Shown: positions 8,408 through 19,592 of the stretch, piece after piece
Numbering within the stretch: the stretch's first letter is position 1
Layout of the letters: the number at the start of each line of letters is the position of its first letter
NCBI GenBank assembly: GCA_963747845.1
Contig: CAVVGR010000005.1
Coordinates: forward strand, 3,508 to 67,507
Source: an uncultured delta proteobacterium
GTDB lineage: Bacteria > Desulfobacterota > Binatia > Binatales > Binataceae
DNA length: 64,000 nt
Direction of reading: 5' to 3'
Program-made: the position numbers and the translations under genes
The notes under the pieces: generated by a model
Seen by the model: only the letters and a program-made list of their open reading frames with translations
Databases searched by the model: none
Told to the model about the DNA's origin: nothing

Positions 8408-9324
8408 GAGACGCGCACTCGCGGGTCAACGACTGCGTAAACGAGATCTGTCGCCACATTTATGACGACGTATGTCATTGCGAAAGTGAGCACGCATCCT
8501 TCGACCACCGGATAGTCGCGCGCTCCTATCGCGGTGATGAGCAAGCGGCCAATGCCAGGCCATGAAAAAATCATCTCGGTAATTAGCGTGCCGCTCAGCA
8601 GGCCGCCCATCTGAAGTCCGATGATAGTCACTACGGATGTGAGCGCGTTCTTGAGGCCGTGGCGGACGAGGGCTGCGCGCGCGCTCAATCCCTTGCCGAG
8701 TGCGGTGCGCATGTAGTCGCTCTCGCGCACTCGAATCAGACTCTGGCGCAACATCCGCGCGAGAATCGCGGCCAACGCGGTGCCCAGAGTGACGGCGGGC
8801 AGCACAAGATGCCCGAGCCCACCGCGGCCGGTGAGCGGTAGCCAGCGCAGATCGAGCGAAAACAAAATCATCAGCAACGGACCCAGGTAAATGTGTGGAA
8901 TCGAGATGCCGACAATCGCAAACCCCATCGCACCAAGATCGCCGGCGCCGCCTGGATTTGCGCCCGCGATGATTCCCAGCGGAAATGCCAAAATGAGCGC
9001 GACCAGCATTCCCGCAGCAGCGAGTTCGATCGTGGCGGGAAAGCGTTCGGCGATCAGTTGCGAGACCGGTTTGCGATACGAGATCGATTCGCCCAGATCG
9101 CCGACGGCCAACCCGCCGAGGTAAGCTGTGTACTGCTCCAGGAGCGGACGATCGAGGCCTAGCTGACGGCGCATACCAACAATGTCGGCGGGTGCAGCGG
9201 TCTCCCCGAGCATCGCGATCACCGGATCGCCCGGCACGAGGTGGATGATTGCGAAGGTCAGTGTCGCCACGCCAAGCGCGACGGGAATGAGCGCGAGCAA
9301 GCGCCGGACCAGGTACTTTCTCAC
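8404..9324 (-). CDS. Peptide/nickel ABC transporter permease (DppB-like)
   Basis: PGDP, LGLDRPL, EAA loop TALGKGL, ITEMIFSWPGIG, RDYPVV. Confidence 0.92.
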   Translation of the reverse strand: MRKYLVRRLLALIPVALGVATLTFAIIHLVPGDPVIAMLGETAAPADIVGMRRQLGLDRPLLEQYTAYLGGLAVGDLGESISYRKPVSQLIAERFPATIELAAAGMLVALILAFPLGIIAGANPGGAGDLGAMGFAIVGISIPHIYLGPLLMILFSLDLRWLPLTGRGGLGHLVLPAVTLGTALAAILARMLRQSLIRVRESDYMRTALGKGLSARAALVRHGLKNALTSVVTIIGLQMGGLLSGTLITEMIFSWPGIGRLLITAIGARDYPVVEGCVLTFAMTYVVINVATDLVYAVVDPRVRVS

Positions 9325-9328
9325 TTCG

Positions 9329-10900
9329 TCACTGCGGCTGCTCTCCGCCGGTGCCGGGCGTGCTCAACGTCACGGTGGCAAGCGAGCGGAAGCTGCCGTT
9401 CGGATATGCGTTGAAGCCCACCAGCCGCCGATTCATCACGGCCACGTTGTCGACCCACCACAGCGAGACGTAAGGAAGTTCCTCGGCGGCGAGCTGCTGG
9501 ACTTGCGCGTAGATGTTTTTTCGCGCATCGGGATCGACGGTACTCATACCTGCTTCGACCAGGCGATCCATGGCGGGGTTGGAATAGTAACCGCGATTCT
9601 CTCCGTGCGGCGGCGTCTTCTTCGAATCGAAAATCATGTAGTAGCTATTCGGGTCATTTATACCGACCCATTGCAGCGAAGTAAGGTCGAAACTCCCGGC
9701 CTGGATGTCCGCATAGTAGGTCGCGAAGTCGAGCGTCCGAATAGTCAATTCGATACCTACCCGCTGCAGCATCGCCTGGAACACTTCACCCATGCGCGCG
9801 CCTTCGGGAGTCGTTTTGTATTCGAATCTGAGCCCGCGCATCCCATCGCTGCCGGCTCGATAGCCCGCCTGATCGAGAAGTTGGCGCGCTTTGGCCGGAT
9901 CGTAGGAATAGGTAGTTACATTACTCTCGTACGCCCAATTCTCCGGTGACAGCATGCCAGTAGCTATTCGTCCAGTGCCTCGCAGGATGGTACTGACTAT
10001 TGTATTGCGATCGATCGCGTAGGCGATGGCGCGGCGAATTCGCACGTCGCGCAGGCGCGGGTCGCGAAAGTTGAAGGACAAGTATCTATAGGTAGTCCCG
10101 GGCGTTTTGCTGATCTCCAGGGATGGATGCGCGCCGAGCCAGGGCAGCACGTCGTACTCGATATTGTTGCCGGAAAAGTCACAAACCCCTTCTGCCAGTT
10201 CTAGCGCGCGCACCGTAGGGTCGGGGACAATCTTGAAAAGGATCGATCGTGCCGCGCTTGACGGATAGGGATAGAACGGATTGCGCTCGAGCCGCGCCGC
10301 TTCATCGCGCGCGTAGGTGACCATCTGAAACGGGCCGCTACCGACCGGGCCGGCTGCGTTTTCTTTCGATGGCAGCGGAGTACCTGACGGCACGATACCT
10401 TCCGTCGCCAGCTCTAAGGCGGGCGCGTAGGGATGCGCAGTAGTCATGACGACGGTGTAGTCATCAGGCGCGTCAATCGACTTCAACTCCTCGAGGCTGG
10501 CTCGTTTCGGCGACATCGACTCGGGAGCGAGAATCGAATCGTAAGTAAATATCACGTCGCTCGCCTTCAGCTCGCGGCCGTCGCTGAAGCGCACGCCATG
10601 CTTGAGATGAAAAACTACTTCCGTCGGCGACGGCCGCTCGATGCTCTCGGCTAGATGTCCGACAAACTGCCCGTTGCGATCGGTTTTCACCAGCGAATCG
10701 AAAATCAGTTCGTTGATGCGCGACGAGGTTGCGTCGGTTGCGAAACGCGGGTCGGTTGCGGTCGGCGAGGTTTCGATGTCGACCTGGATCGTCCCGGGCG
10801 AGCGATCGGTGCGATCGTGGCCGCACCCGGCGAGCACGATCAGGGCCGCAGCCATCTGCGTGACCAATCGCAGCCGGGAAGTTGTTTTCCTCGGCAACAC
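9329..10900 (-). CDS. ABC transporter substrate-binding lipoprotein (SBP family 5); start approximate
   Basis: Lipobox [38 protein letters not shown]. Confidence 0.88.
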   Translation of the reverse strand: MLPRKTTSRLRLVTQMAAALIVLAGCGHDRTDRSPGTIQVDIETSPTATDPRFATDATSSRINELIFDSLVKTDRNGQFVGHLAESIERPSPTEVVFHLKHGVRFSDGRELKASDVIFTYDSILAPESMSPKRASLEELKSIDAPDDYTVVMTTAHPYAPALELATEGIVPSGTPLPSKENAAGPVGSGPFQMVTYARDEAARLERNPFYPYPSSAARSILFKIVPDPTVRALELAEGVCDFSGNNIEYDVLPWLGAHPSLEISKTPGTTYRYLSFNFRDPRLRDVRIRRAIAYAIDRNTIVSTILRGTGRIATGMLSPENWAYESNVTTYSYDPAKARQLLDQAGYRAGSDGMRGLRFEYKTTPEGARMGEVFQAMLQRVGIELTIRTLDFATYYADIQAGSFDLTSLQWVGINDPNSYYMIFDSKKTPPHGENRGYYSNPAMDRLVEAGMSTVDPDARKNIYAQVQQLAAEELPYVSLWWVDNVAVMNRRLVGFNAYPNGSFRSLATVTLSTPGTGGEQPQ

Positions 10901-10924
10901 AGTTGGCGCGATAATAACATGACC

Positions 10925-11452
10925 ATGAGCAAAGATTGGCGCGCGAAGATCAGTATGCGGCAGGGCGACCTGACGGACGCGGACGTCGATGCGATCGTCA
11001 ATGCGGCGAACAACGATCTGATGCTCGGTGGCGGCGTGGCGGGCGCGATTCGCGTCAGAGGCGGCCCTACGATTCAGCAGGAATGCGACAGGATTGGACC
11101 GATTGCGCTCGGCGAGGCGGCGATTACAGGCGCGGGAGCGCTGCGCGCGCGGCACGTGATTCACGCGGCGAGCATGCGGCTGGGAGAATCGACGTCAGAA
11201 GCGAATCTGCGCGCGGCGACACCGCAACTCGCTGATGCGCGCCAACGAGAACTCGCTCAAGTCGATCGCATTTCCCGCGATCGGCACCGGCATCGCAGGG
11301 TTTCCGATCGAGCGATGCGCCGAGGTGATGCTCGAGGAAGTGCGCGCCCATCTCAAGCGGTCCGACGACGCTGGAGCGCGTCGATTTTGTACTCTTCGAT
11401 CGGCGATCGCTGGAGATCTTCGAGCGAGTGCTCGCCGGGAATGAAATACTAG
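10925..11452 (+). CDS. Macro domain protein (O-acetyl-ADP-ribose deacetylase-like); frameshifts near 11222 and 11360
   Basis: [32 protein letters not shown] spread over frames. Confidence 0.85.
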   Translation: MSKDWRAKISMRQGDLTDADVDAIVNAANNDLMLGGGVAGAIRVRGGPTIQQECDRIGPIALGEAAITGAGALRARHVIHAASMRLGESTSEANLRAATPQLADARQRELAQVDRISRDRHRHRRVSDRAMRRGDARGSARPSQAVRRRWSASILYSSIGDRWRSSSECSPGMKY

Positions 11453-13058
11453 TGAGCGCCCACGCCACTGGTAGGTTGCGCACGCCGCAATAGTAAGAAC
11501 GTCGGAATCAAAATCATCATTACAATAGCCAGTGTGCGATAGATGTCGTTGAATGACAGCATCATCGCCTGCCGCTGAATCATCCCGTACACCATCCCAA
11601 GTCCCTCTTTCTGCCCATTGAGTATTTGCGGCATGTAGTCAAATCCGCGGCTGCCGGGCATGAGCTGTGGCGAGGCGCTCATCTTCCACGCGTCGAAGAC
11701 AGTGAAGTGCTCGACCAGGTACGACTGATGCGTCTGTTCGTGATCCACCAGCACGGTCGTCATGTACGAGATGCCGATCGCGGCGCCCGTGTTGCGCATC
11801 ATGTTGTACAGGCTCGCGGCATGGCCAACGTGCTCGCGGCTGACGCACGAAAGCGTGGTGGCAGACAGCGTGGGAAAGATCATGCCCATTCCGACGCCCA
11901 TGACCAGGCTCGGCCACGTCACCGTCCACGTGCTGACGTCGGTGTTCCATCCGGCCATCGTCCACAGCGCCACTGCCATGATGACGAAGCCGACGCCAAT
12001 CAACGGGCGCGTGTCGTAGCGGTAGCGCGCGAGCTGTCCGACGATGAGCATCGCGGCCATCGTGCCGAGTCCGCGCGGCGCGAGCACCAGCCCGGCCTTC
12101 GACGCGCTGTAGCCCATCACCTCTTGCAGAAAAATCGGATTCAAGAGCCCGGTGCCGAACAGATGCGAAGCTCATCGCGACCATCAGCATCACCGACATC
12201 GTGAAAACGGGAATGCCAAGAATTGAAAGGTCGAGAATCGGGTCTGGCGTGCGCAGTTCGTTGATCGTCAGACCCACCAGGCACATCGCGGCGAATATCG
12301 TGCAGTAAATGACCCACGGCGAACTGAACCAATCGGCGCGCTGCCCGCGATCGAGCACCAGTTGCGCCAGCCCCAGCCCGACCACCAGCAGGATGATGCC
12401 GGTGTAGTCGGTCTTGCCGCCCTTGGCGCGGCGAACCCGCAAGTACGCAGGGTCATGGACGAACGTCCACACCATCAGGAATGCCGCCGCGCCAATCGGC
12501 AGGTTGATGTAAAAATTCCAGCGCCAGTTCCAGTTGTCGGTGATCCATCCGCCCAGCGTCGGGCCCATGATCGGCGCGACCATCAGGCCCATGCCCCACG
12601 TCGCCATCGCGAGCTGCTGCTCGTTGGGCGGGAACGTCTCCATCAGGATCGCCTGCGACGACGGCACCATCGCGGCGCCTGCTGCGCCCTGAATCAGCCG
12701 AAAGACGACCATCTGATCGAGCGACTGCGCTGCGCCGCAGAGGCCCGACGCCGCGACGAACACCGCGACCGACGTCAGGAAGTAGCGCTTGCGCCCGAAG
12801 CGCGACGAGATCCATCCCGTCATCGGAATCATGATCCCGTTGGCGACCAGGTAGCTGGTGAGCACCCACGCGATCTCGTCGACGCTCGCGGAAAAGCTGC
12901 CCTGCATATGCGGCAGCGCGACGTTGACGATCGACGTGTCGAGCACCTCGAGCGTCGTCCCGAGCATCACGGCCAGCGCGATCAGCCACTTGTGGCTCGA
13001 CGACCCGTACTCGGGAAAGTCGGTACCAAGCGGGGTTGAGGCTGCGGCTGACAGGCAA
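11449..13058 (-). CDS. DHA2 (EmrB/QacA) family MFS efflux transporter; frameshift near 12163, start approximate
   Basis: [41 protein letters not shown]; two ORFs join. Confidence 0.88.
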
Positions 13059-13265
13059 ATTCTCCGTGCGGCGTGCTCTTCACAGAGTAAACGCGATGGA
13101 TTCGCAAGGATACCGTGAAAACAAATTCGACACTCGACGTTCATCGCGTCGTAACGTGGCTCGCTTCTAATCAGGGCAGGATGAGTGCGCGATATTTTCA
13201 GCGCGCCGGTGCGGATGTGGGGCTATATGGATGACATCGAGCGCCTGGGACGGTACCTTCTAAGC

Positions 13266-14781
13266 ATGCGGTTGGGAGCGATCGACGTCGGATCCAACTC
13301 CGTCCACATGATCGTCGCCGATGTGAGCCGCGAGGGCCACATCGAAGTCGTCGACCGCGTCAAGGAAATGGTGCGGCTCGGCCGCCGCTCGTTCACCACC
13401 GGACGCCTCACCGCCGAATCGATGGACCTCGCGGTCCGCGCGCTGGTTAATTTCAAACGGCTGCTGCGAGTGCGCCGCGTCGAACGATTGCGCGCGGTGG
13501 CAACCAGCGCCGTGCGCGAGGCGCGCAATCGCACCGAATTCATCCGGCGTATCAAGCGCGAGACCGGCCTTACCGTTGAAGTTATCTCCGGCCTCGACGA
13601 GGCGCGGCTTGATCTTCCAGGCCGCGCGCCATGCGCTCGGTCTCGACGGCGGACCTCATCTGCTCGTCGACGTCGGCGGCGGCAGCGTGGAACTCGTGCT
13701 GGTGCGCGACGGCAAGCCGCTCTGGATGCGCAGTGTGAAGCTCGGCGCCGCGCGGCTCGCCGAGAGATTTCTGCTCGACGACCCGCCGACGCGCGCGCAG
13801 TTGAGCAAGCTCGAGGCGCATCTCGAGCGCGCGATCGGCCCGTTGATGCGCAAGGCAAAGCGCGCAGGCGTAATCCGCGCGGTCGGAACCTCGGGCACCA
13901 TCAACACGCTCGTCGCGATGGCGCGATCGTCGCGCGGCGAGGAGCTCGGCCGCCTGCACGGCGCCAGCGCCTCGGCCGGCGAGATTTCCGATCTGTCGCG
14001 CGACCTGGTCGAGGCCAACGCGGCGCTGCGCGTCGATCTCCCCGGCATGGACGCCAAGCGCGTCGACCTGATGCCGGCGGCCGCTACCCTGGTGAACTTC
14101 ATCTTGAAGAAATCGGGCGCGCCCGAGCTCTTCGCATGCACCTGGGCACTGCGCGAGGGCGTGCTGCTGGGACTCGCGCGCAAGTTCGATTCGCGCTCCG
14201 CGATCGACGCCCGGCGCCGATCGGTCGGCGCCCTCGCCACTCGATTTGCCGGCGCCAACGATCACGGCAAGCAGGTCGCCCGCCTCGCGCTCAAGCTTTT
14301 CGACGCGACGGCGCCCGTTTTGGGCCTGCCCAAGTCCTCGCGAGAACTCCTTGAATTCGGGGCTTTACTGCACGACATAGGCCACGCGATTGATCATGAC
14401 CGGCACAATCGCCATTCTTACTACCTGATTAAGAATGCGGAGCTTTTCGGCTTCGACTCTGACGAAATCGAGGTCATCGCGCAGGCTGCTCGCGGGCATC
14501 GCAAGCAGGCCCCGAAACTCGATTCGCCGGATTTGAAATCGCTCAGCCCCGCCAAGCGCCGCGTGATAAGGGGTCTCGCCGCGATTCTGCGTGTCGCTGA
14601 CGCGCTGGACCGAAGCCACTTCGGTGTGGTTAAGAACGTCGAGGTCAGATACTCACCCGGGCGCGTAATCGTCGGCGTCGATTCGAAGCGCGAGAAGGCT
14701 GACCTCGAACTATGGACCTGCGAGAGAAGGACCGACTTGCTATCGAGACTGCTGGATCGCCAGGTGGTGCTGCAGCGCTAG
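13266..14781 (+). CDS. ppx: Ppx/GppA exopolyphosphatase with C-terminal HD domain; frameshift near 13610
   Basis: AIDVGSNS, ATSAVREA, DVGGGSVE, ALREG, LLHDIGH. Confidence 0.92.
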
Positions 14782-15575
14782 AGCTGCCGCCCGCCGAACC
14801 TGCCACTTCCCACAACGGCCACGTTACTCCGTCCGCCGAGCCCACGCCCAGGACTGCGCCGAAGACCCTGCTCGAAACGCCGCATCCGTATCGCGGCCGT
14901 TTGATCTGCGTCGAGGGGATCGACGGCTCCGGCAAGTCGACGCAACTGCTGCTGCTCGAGCGATGGCTGCGATCGCGCGGCTACCCGGTGCATTTCACCG
15001 AATGGAATTCATCGCGGCTGGTGCGGCGCTCGATGCAACGTGGCAAGAAAAAAAATCTGCTTACGCCGACTACCTTCTCGCTGCTGCACGCCGTCGATTT
15101 CGCCGATCGCCTGACCTATCAGATCCTGCCGCCGCTCAAGGCCGGCATGATCGTGCTCGCCGATCGCTACGTCTACACCGCATTCGCCCGCGACGTCGCG
15201 CGCGGCGTGCATCCCGATTGGGTCCGCGCCGTGTATAGCCCCGCGCTGCGCCCCGACTTGACGCTCTACTTCCGCGTGCCGATCGACACTTCGCTCGAGC
15301 GGCTGCTTTCGGGACGCGCCAAGCTCAAGTACCACGAGGCCGGTATGGACGTCGGTCTTTCGACCGATCCGGTCGAGAGCTTCCGCATGTTCCAGAGCCG
15401 CGTGCTCGAAATTTACGATCAACTGACTGACGAATTCGGGATGCGTCCGATTGACGCGGCCGCCGAGATTCCCGAACAACAGCGAGTCGTGCGCACGATG
15501 GTCCAGGAGATTCTTCGCGACTACGACCGCAAGCGGGCGAACGGAAAAAATGGCGTCACATCGCAGCCGCGCTAA
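14712..15575 (+). CDS. Thymidylate-kinase-like P-loop protein A (start uncertain, overlaps ppx by 70 nt)
   Basis: P-loop EGIDGSGKST, ADRYVYTAFARD. Confidence 0.85.
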   Translation: MDLREKDRLAIETAGSPGGAAALELPPAEPATSHNGHVTPSAEPTPRTAPKTLLETPHPYRGRLICVEGIDGSGKSTQLLLLERWLRSRGYPVHFTEWNSSRLVRRSMQRGKKKNLLTPTTFSLLHAVDFADRLTYQILPPLKAGMIVLADRYVYTAFARDVARGVHPDWVRAVYSPALRPDLTLYFRVPIDTSLERLLSGRAKLKYHEAGMDVGLSTDPVESFRMFQSRVLEIYDQLTDEFGMRPIDAAAEIPEQQRVVRTMVQEILRDYDRKRANGKNGVTSQPR

Positions 15576-16305
15576 AACCTGGTACGGGCACGGGCTGCCG
15601 TACGTCACGAAAAAGCGCCTTCCTGGGCACTTGATCGCGATCGAAGGGACCGACGGCGTCGGCCGCTCCGCGCAAATCGAGCTGCTCCGCCCATGGCTCG
15701 AGCTCGAAGGCTACGCCGTCAGCAACACCGGATGGACGCGATCGCCCCTGCTCTCGGAGACCATCAACGAGGCCAAGGCCGGTCATCAGCTTACTGTCAC
15801 GACCTTCTCGCTGCTCTACGCCGCCGATTTTGCCGATCGCCTCGAACACGAAATCCTGCCCGCGCTGCAGGCCGGCTTCATCGTGATCGCCGACCGCTAC
15901 ATGTACACCGCTTTCGCCCGCAACAACGTGATGGGCGCCGACCCGAATTGGACGCGCGACGTCTTCGGCATGGCGCTGGTCCCCGACCTCGTCCTCTATC
16001 TCGACATCGACGTCGAGTCGCTCATCCCGCGCGTCATCATGGGCAAGGGGATGGATTACTGGGAATCCGGGATGCACCTGGCGCTTGGCACCGACCTGTT
16101 CGATTCATTCGAGCGCTACCAGAGCCGCCTCATCGACGAGTACCGCCAGCTCTCCAGCGAGTTCGGCTTCATCTCCGTCGATGCGCGCCTGCCGGTCGAC
16201 GAGCTGCAGGGCGAACTTCGAAAACACATCGCCGAATATCTGTCCGGCGCCAACGGCAAGTCGCACCCCGAGTCTGCTGACAGCATCGTCTCGCGCAAGG
16301 ATTAA
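15550..16305 (+). CDS. Thymidylate-kinase-like protein B with degenerate P-loop
   Basis: EGTDGVGRSA, ADRYMYTAFARN; paralog of the upstream gene. Confidence 0.85.
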   Translation: MASHRSRAKTWYGHGLPYVTKKRLPGHLIAIEGTDGVGRSAQIELLRPWLELEGYAVSNTGWTRSPLLSETINEAKAGHQLTVTTFSLLYAADFADRLEHEILPALQAGFIVIADRYMYTAFARNNVMGADPNWTRDVFGMALVPDLVLYLDIDVESLIPRVIMGKGMDYWESGMHLALGTDLFDSFERYQSRLIDEYRQLSSEFGFISVDARLPVDELQGELRKHIAEYLSGANGKSHPESADSIVSRKD

Positions 16306-16431
16306 GAAGGTGTAAGGATTAACCAGCGATAGTTGAGTCGCACGCCGATTCGCCGCCCGCATGATGACGTTCTCGCCGCCTCACTCAAATCACGATTCGA
16401 AAAACTCGCATTTCGTCACGGAAGCAACCTC

Positions 16432-16932
16432 ATGATGCTCTATATTTTGCGTCACGCGACCGCCGAAGAGGCCGCCTCGAGCGGCGACGACGGCGCGCGC
16501 AAGCTGACCGAGCGTTCGAAGGAAAAAATGCTGGGAGCTGCCGCCGGCCTGCGCGCGATGGGTCTGAAGTTCGATGTCATCCTGACCAGCCCGCTCGCGC
16601 GCGCCGCGGAAACCGCCGAGCTGGTCTCGGCCGCTTACGAAAATACTCCGCCGCCGCAGGTCCTTCCCGCCCTCGCCACCGGCGTCGCCGCCACCGACGC
16701 GATAGCGGCCCTGCGCGCATTCGCCAAGCATGACGAAGTGATGATCGTCGGGCACGAACCGCAACTCAGTTCAGTCGCGTCGATTCTGCTGACCGGCGCG
16801 GCCGACGTCGCCCATTTGAAGCTGAAGACCGGCGGATGCATCGCGATCGATCTGCCAGCCCGCTTCGAACGCGGCGGCGGCGAACTACGCTGGATGCTGA
16901 CCCACAAGCAATTGCGCACAATGCGCAAATAA
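16432..16932 (+). CDS. sixA: Phosphohistidine phosphatase SixA
   Basis: YILRHA, TSPLARAAETA, IVGHEP. Confidence 0.88.
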   Translation: MMLYILRHATAEEAASSGDDGARKLTERSKEKMLGAAAGLRAMGLKFDVILTSPLARAAETAELVSAAYENTPPPQVLPALATGVAATDAIAALRAFAKHDEVMIVGHEPQLSSVASILLTGAADVAHLKLKTGGCIAIDLPARFERGGGELRWMLTHKQLRTMRK

Positions 16933-16941
16933 TTTCTGTCT

Positions 16942-16978
16942 CCTCTCCCTGTCAGGGAGAGGATGAAGGTGAGGGTCC
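16942..16978 (+). repeat. REP-like palindromic repeat copy 1
   Basis: CCTCTCCCTGTCAGGGAGAGG-ATGAA-GGTGAGGGTCC. Confidence 0.75.
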
Positions 16979-17031
16979 TTGTCCAGCGCGCATTCTTCGC
17001 GCGCGATTCACGATTCTGTTCTTTCGTGTCC

Positions 17032-17514
17032 TCACTCCCAGATAACCCTCACCGGAACTTTCTCCGGCACGGCGCCCTGCGTACCAATCGCGCTCTCCGG
17101 AAATTTATCCGCCATCCAGATCTTCCCCGGCGTAAGCGCGGTGACCAATCCTCGCGGCCTTATCTGATCGCGATTATGAAGTGCGCATGTCCATCGCGCC
17201 GGCTCACCGTTCACCGGCGACAGCGTCCCCGTCATCGCCTCGCAAATAGAACCGTCCGACAACTGAAAAATCCACGGCTCTGCTTTGCGATCGCGGGCCA
17301 GCGAGGACTTCGGCAGCGGCTGCGTCAGCTTCAAAACAAACCCATCGGTTTTCAGAGCCGGGTCGGCGCCGCAAACAAGCTGCTGGCGATTCCCCGCCAC
17401 CGTGAAACACGGATCGCTGATCGCGTTGCCCACCGAACATCGCCACGCACCGGCGCGAGGCGCAGCGATAGATTCAGTCCAGCACGAACCTTCCTGCACA
17501 TCGCCGCTCGGCAC
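17032..17514 (-). CDS. Cys-rich hypothetical, probably exported protein (true start likely further upstream, obscured by a frameshift)
   Basis: GSCWTESIAAPRAGAWRCSVGNAISDPCF and several more Cys; reading frame extends upstream of 17514. Confidence 0.65.
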   Translation of the reverse strand: MPSGDVQEGSCWTESIAAPRAGAWRCSVGNAISDPCFTVAGNRQQLVCGADPALKTDGFVLKLTQPLPKSSLARDRKAEPWIFQLSDGSICEAMTGTLSPVNGEPARWTCALHNRDQIRPRGLVTALTPGKIWMADKFPESAIGTQGAVPEKVPVRVIWE

Positions 17515-17648
17515 CTTCGGCGCGAACCGGATTATTTTTGTACCGCAATCGACAAGGGACTATCCGGCATCTGCGCCCGAGCGGTCGCGGCGGAAAAAAT
17601 CAATGCGAGCCGATCAATCCGATCCCGAATTTCCCGGCTGTATCCTCG

Positions 17649-17696
17649 CCTCTCCCTGTCAGGGAGAGGCCGCCGCAAAGCGGCGGGTGAGGGTCC
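17649..17696 (+). repeat. REP-like palindromic repeat copy 2
   Basis: Identical 21-nt core CCTCTCCCTGTCAGGGAGAGG, then hairpin CCGCCGC-AAA-GCGGCGG, then GTGAGGGTCC. Confidence 0.75.
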
Positions 17697-17748
17697 AAAT
17701 TCCTAAATGTCCTTCTTAAGTTGATCGCCAGCATGTAGATCTCCATCA

Positions 17749-19545
17749 TCAGAAAATCGGCAGCCTGATTCCCGCCGTGACCATCGCGCCGCTCGCTACA
17801 CCCATCAGCGCCTCGCCGGCCACCAATCCCGCCGCCAGCAGAATCCCGGGTCCGCTCTCGGCCTCATCCTCGGATCCGAAAACCGAATGCGCAAGCGCGC
17901 CGATAAAAATCGCCACGCTGAGCCCGAACGGGAGATAAAGGCCAATCGCTGCGGGCATGATCGGCGTGCGCCACTTCGATCCGCTCCGCTCCAGATAGCG
18001 ATCGCTGAATCCAAGCATCGCTGCCAGCACCGCGCCCGTCGCGATCGTTCCGATAGGCAGTCCGCCGTGGAAAACTCCTTGCGTCACTTTCGCCATCAGG
18101 AACGCTTGCGGCGCGGCCAGTGCGCCGGCCCGTGCAGTCGGCGTTCCCGCGATTCCGTAGCCCGCGATCAGCAGGTTCAGAATCGGCGCCATCAGGAACG
18201 ACGATGCGATCGCGCCGACCAGAACGCCGATTTCGAGCGATCGCGGCGTCGCGCCGACGTGAAAGCCGGTCGCCAGGTCATGCGTCGAATCGCCGGCCAT
18301 CGCAGCCGCCGTGCATACGATCGCGCCCGACAAAATCGCCAGCTGCGGCCCAACGCTCTGCGACACGCCGACCAATTTCAAAAACAGCGCCACCGCGAGC
18401 AGCACGATCACCGTCACGCCCGACACCGGATTGTTCGACGCGCCGACTATTCCGGTCAGATAGCCGGCGATCGCGGTCGCAAAAAAGCAGATCAGAGTCA
18501 GCAGGATTGCCAGCGCCGCGCTGAGCGCGATTTGTCCGCTTAGTCCCAGGCAAATGGCAAAGATTACCGGCACGCACAGCGCCACTGCGGTCAGCACCGC
18601 ACGCGCCGAAAGGTCGGTGTCCTCGCGCGCCGTTGCGACCGCTTGGGTCGAGCGCACCACGCGGATGCTGTCGGCGATCGCCGACGCTATCCGCTTGCGC
18701 AACTTCCACAGCGTCACAACTCCGCCCGTCAGCATCGCGCCGACGCCCAAATAGCGCACCTGGCCGCGCCACAATTGCAACGCAATGTCGGCGGCGTCTC
18801 CCGCTCCGCCGCCGCCATGAAACGCCGTCAACACCGGAATCGCGACCAGCCATGCGAATACGCCGCCGGCGAACACCAGCGCCGCGATTCTGATTCCGAT
18901 TATGTAGCCGACTCCCAGCAGCGCCGCCGAAATGTCGAGCGACCCGGCCACTGCCGCGTTGCCGACCCATCGCGCGCCCGTCACCGCGCCGGGAATGATA
19001 CCCACCATATCTTGCAGCGCCTTGAGCGCCGCCGAGATCAGTCCGCCGATCACGAGCGGGCGAACGTTAGCTTCGCATCACCGGCCCGAAGCACCTGCGC
19101 GCATGCGACGCCTTCGGGAAAAGGCAGCCGCTCCTCCACGACGTACGCGCGGCGCAAAAATACCACGAGCAACGAGCCCATCGTCGCGCCCACGACGCAT
19201 AGCGCAGTCACCTCGACGTACGGCAGCCTGCGCACTCCGCCCAGAATCACCAGCGCCGGAAACGTGAAGATCGCGCCCGCCGCGACCGCCTCGCCCGCCG
19301 ACGCAATCGTCTGCACCACGTTGTTCTCGAGAATCGTCGATCCGCCAAGAATCCGCAGAATCGCCATCGAGATGACGGCGGCCGGAATGCTCGCCGACAC
19401 CGTCAGGCCCGCATACAAACCGAGATAGGCATTCGCCGCGCCAAGAATCAGCGCCAGCGCGATACCAAGCACGATACTGCGTGGCGTCAGCTCGCGAATC
19501 GCCGCGCCAGATTCCGGATTTGGATTGAATCGTCGCGCTGCACGC
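17749..19545 (-). CDS. OPT/YSL-family oligopeptide transporter; frameshift near 19070, start approximate
   Basis: RELT, ANAYLGLYAGLTVSASIPAAVI, ENNVVQTIASAG, LPFPEGVA, APQAFLMA. Confidence 0.9.
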
Positions 19546-19592
19546 CGACACTATATGGATGTAATCGCGCATCGGCGAGCGCGCCCGAACGC

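Noticed and set aside
14712-16305. Assigning the gene symbol tmk
   Set aside because: The dTMP-specific motif is altered, the genes are duplicated, and the context is polyP-related.
16942-17696. CRISPR array or IS terminal repeats
   Set aside because: Only two copies about 700 bp apart, no regular spacers, no cas or transposase genes.
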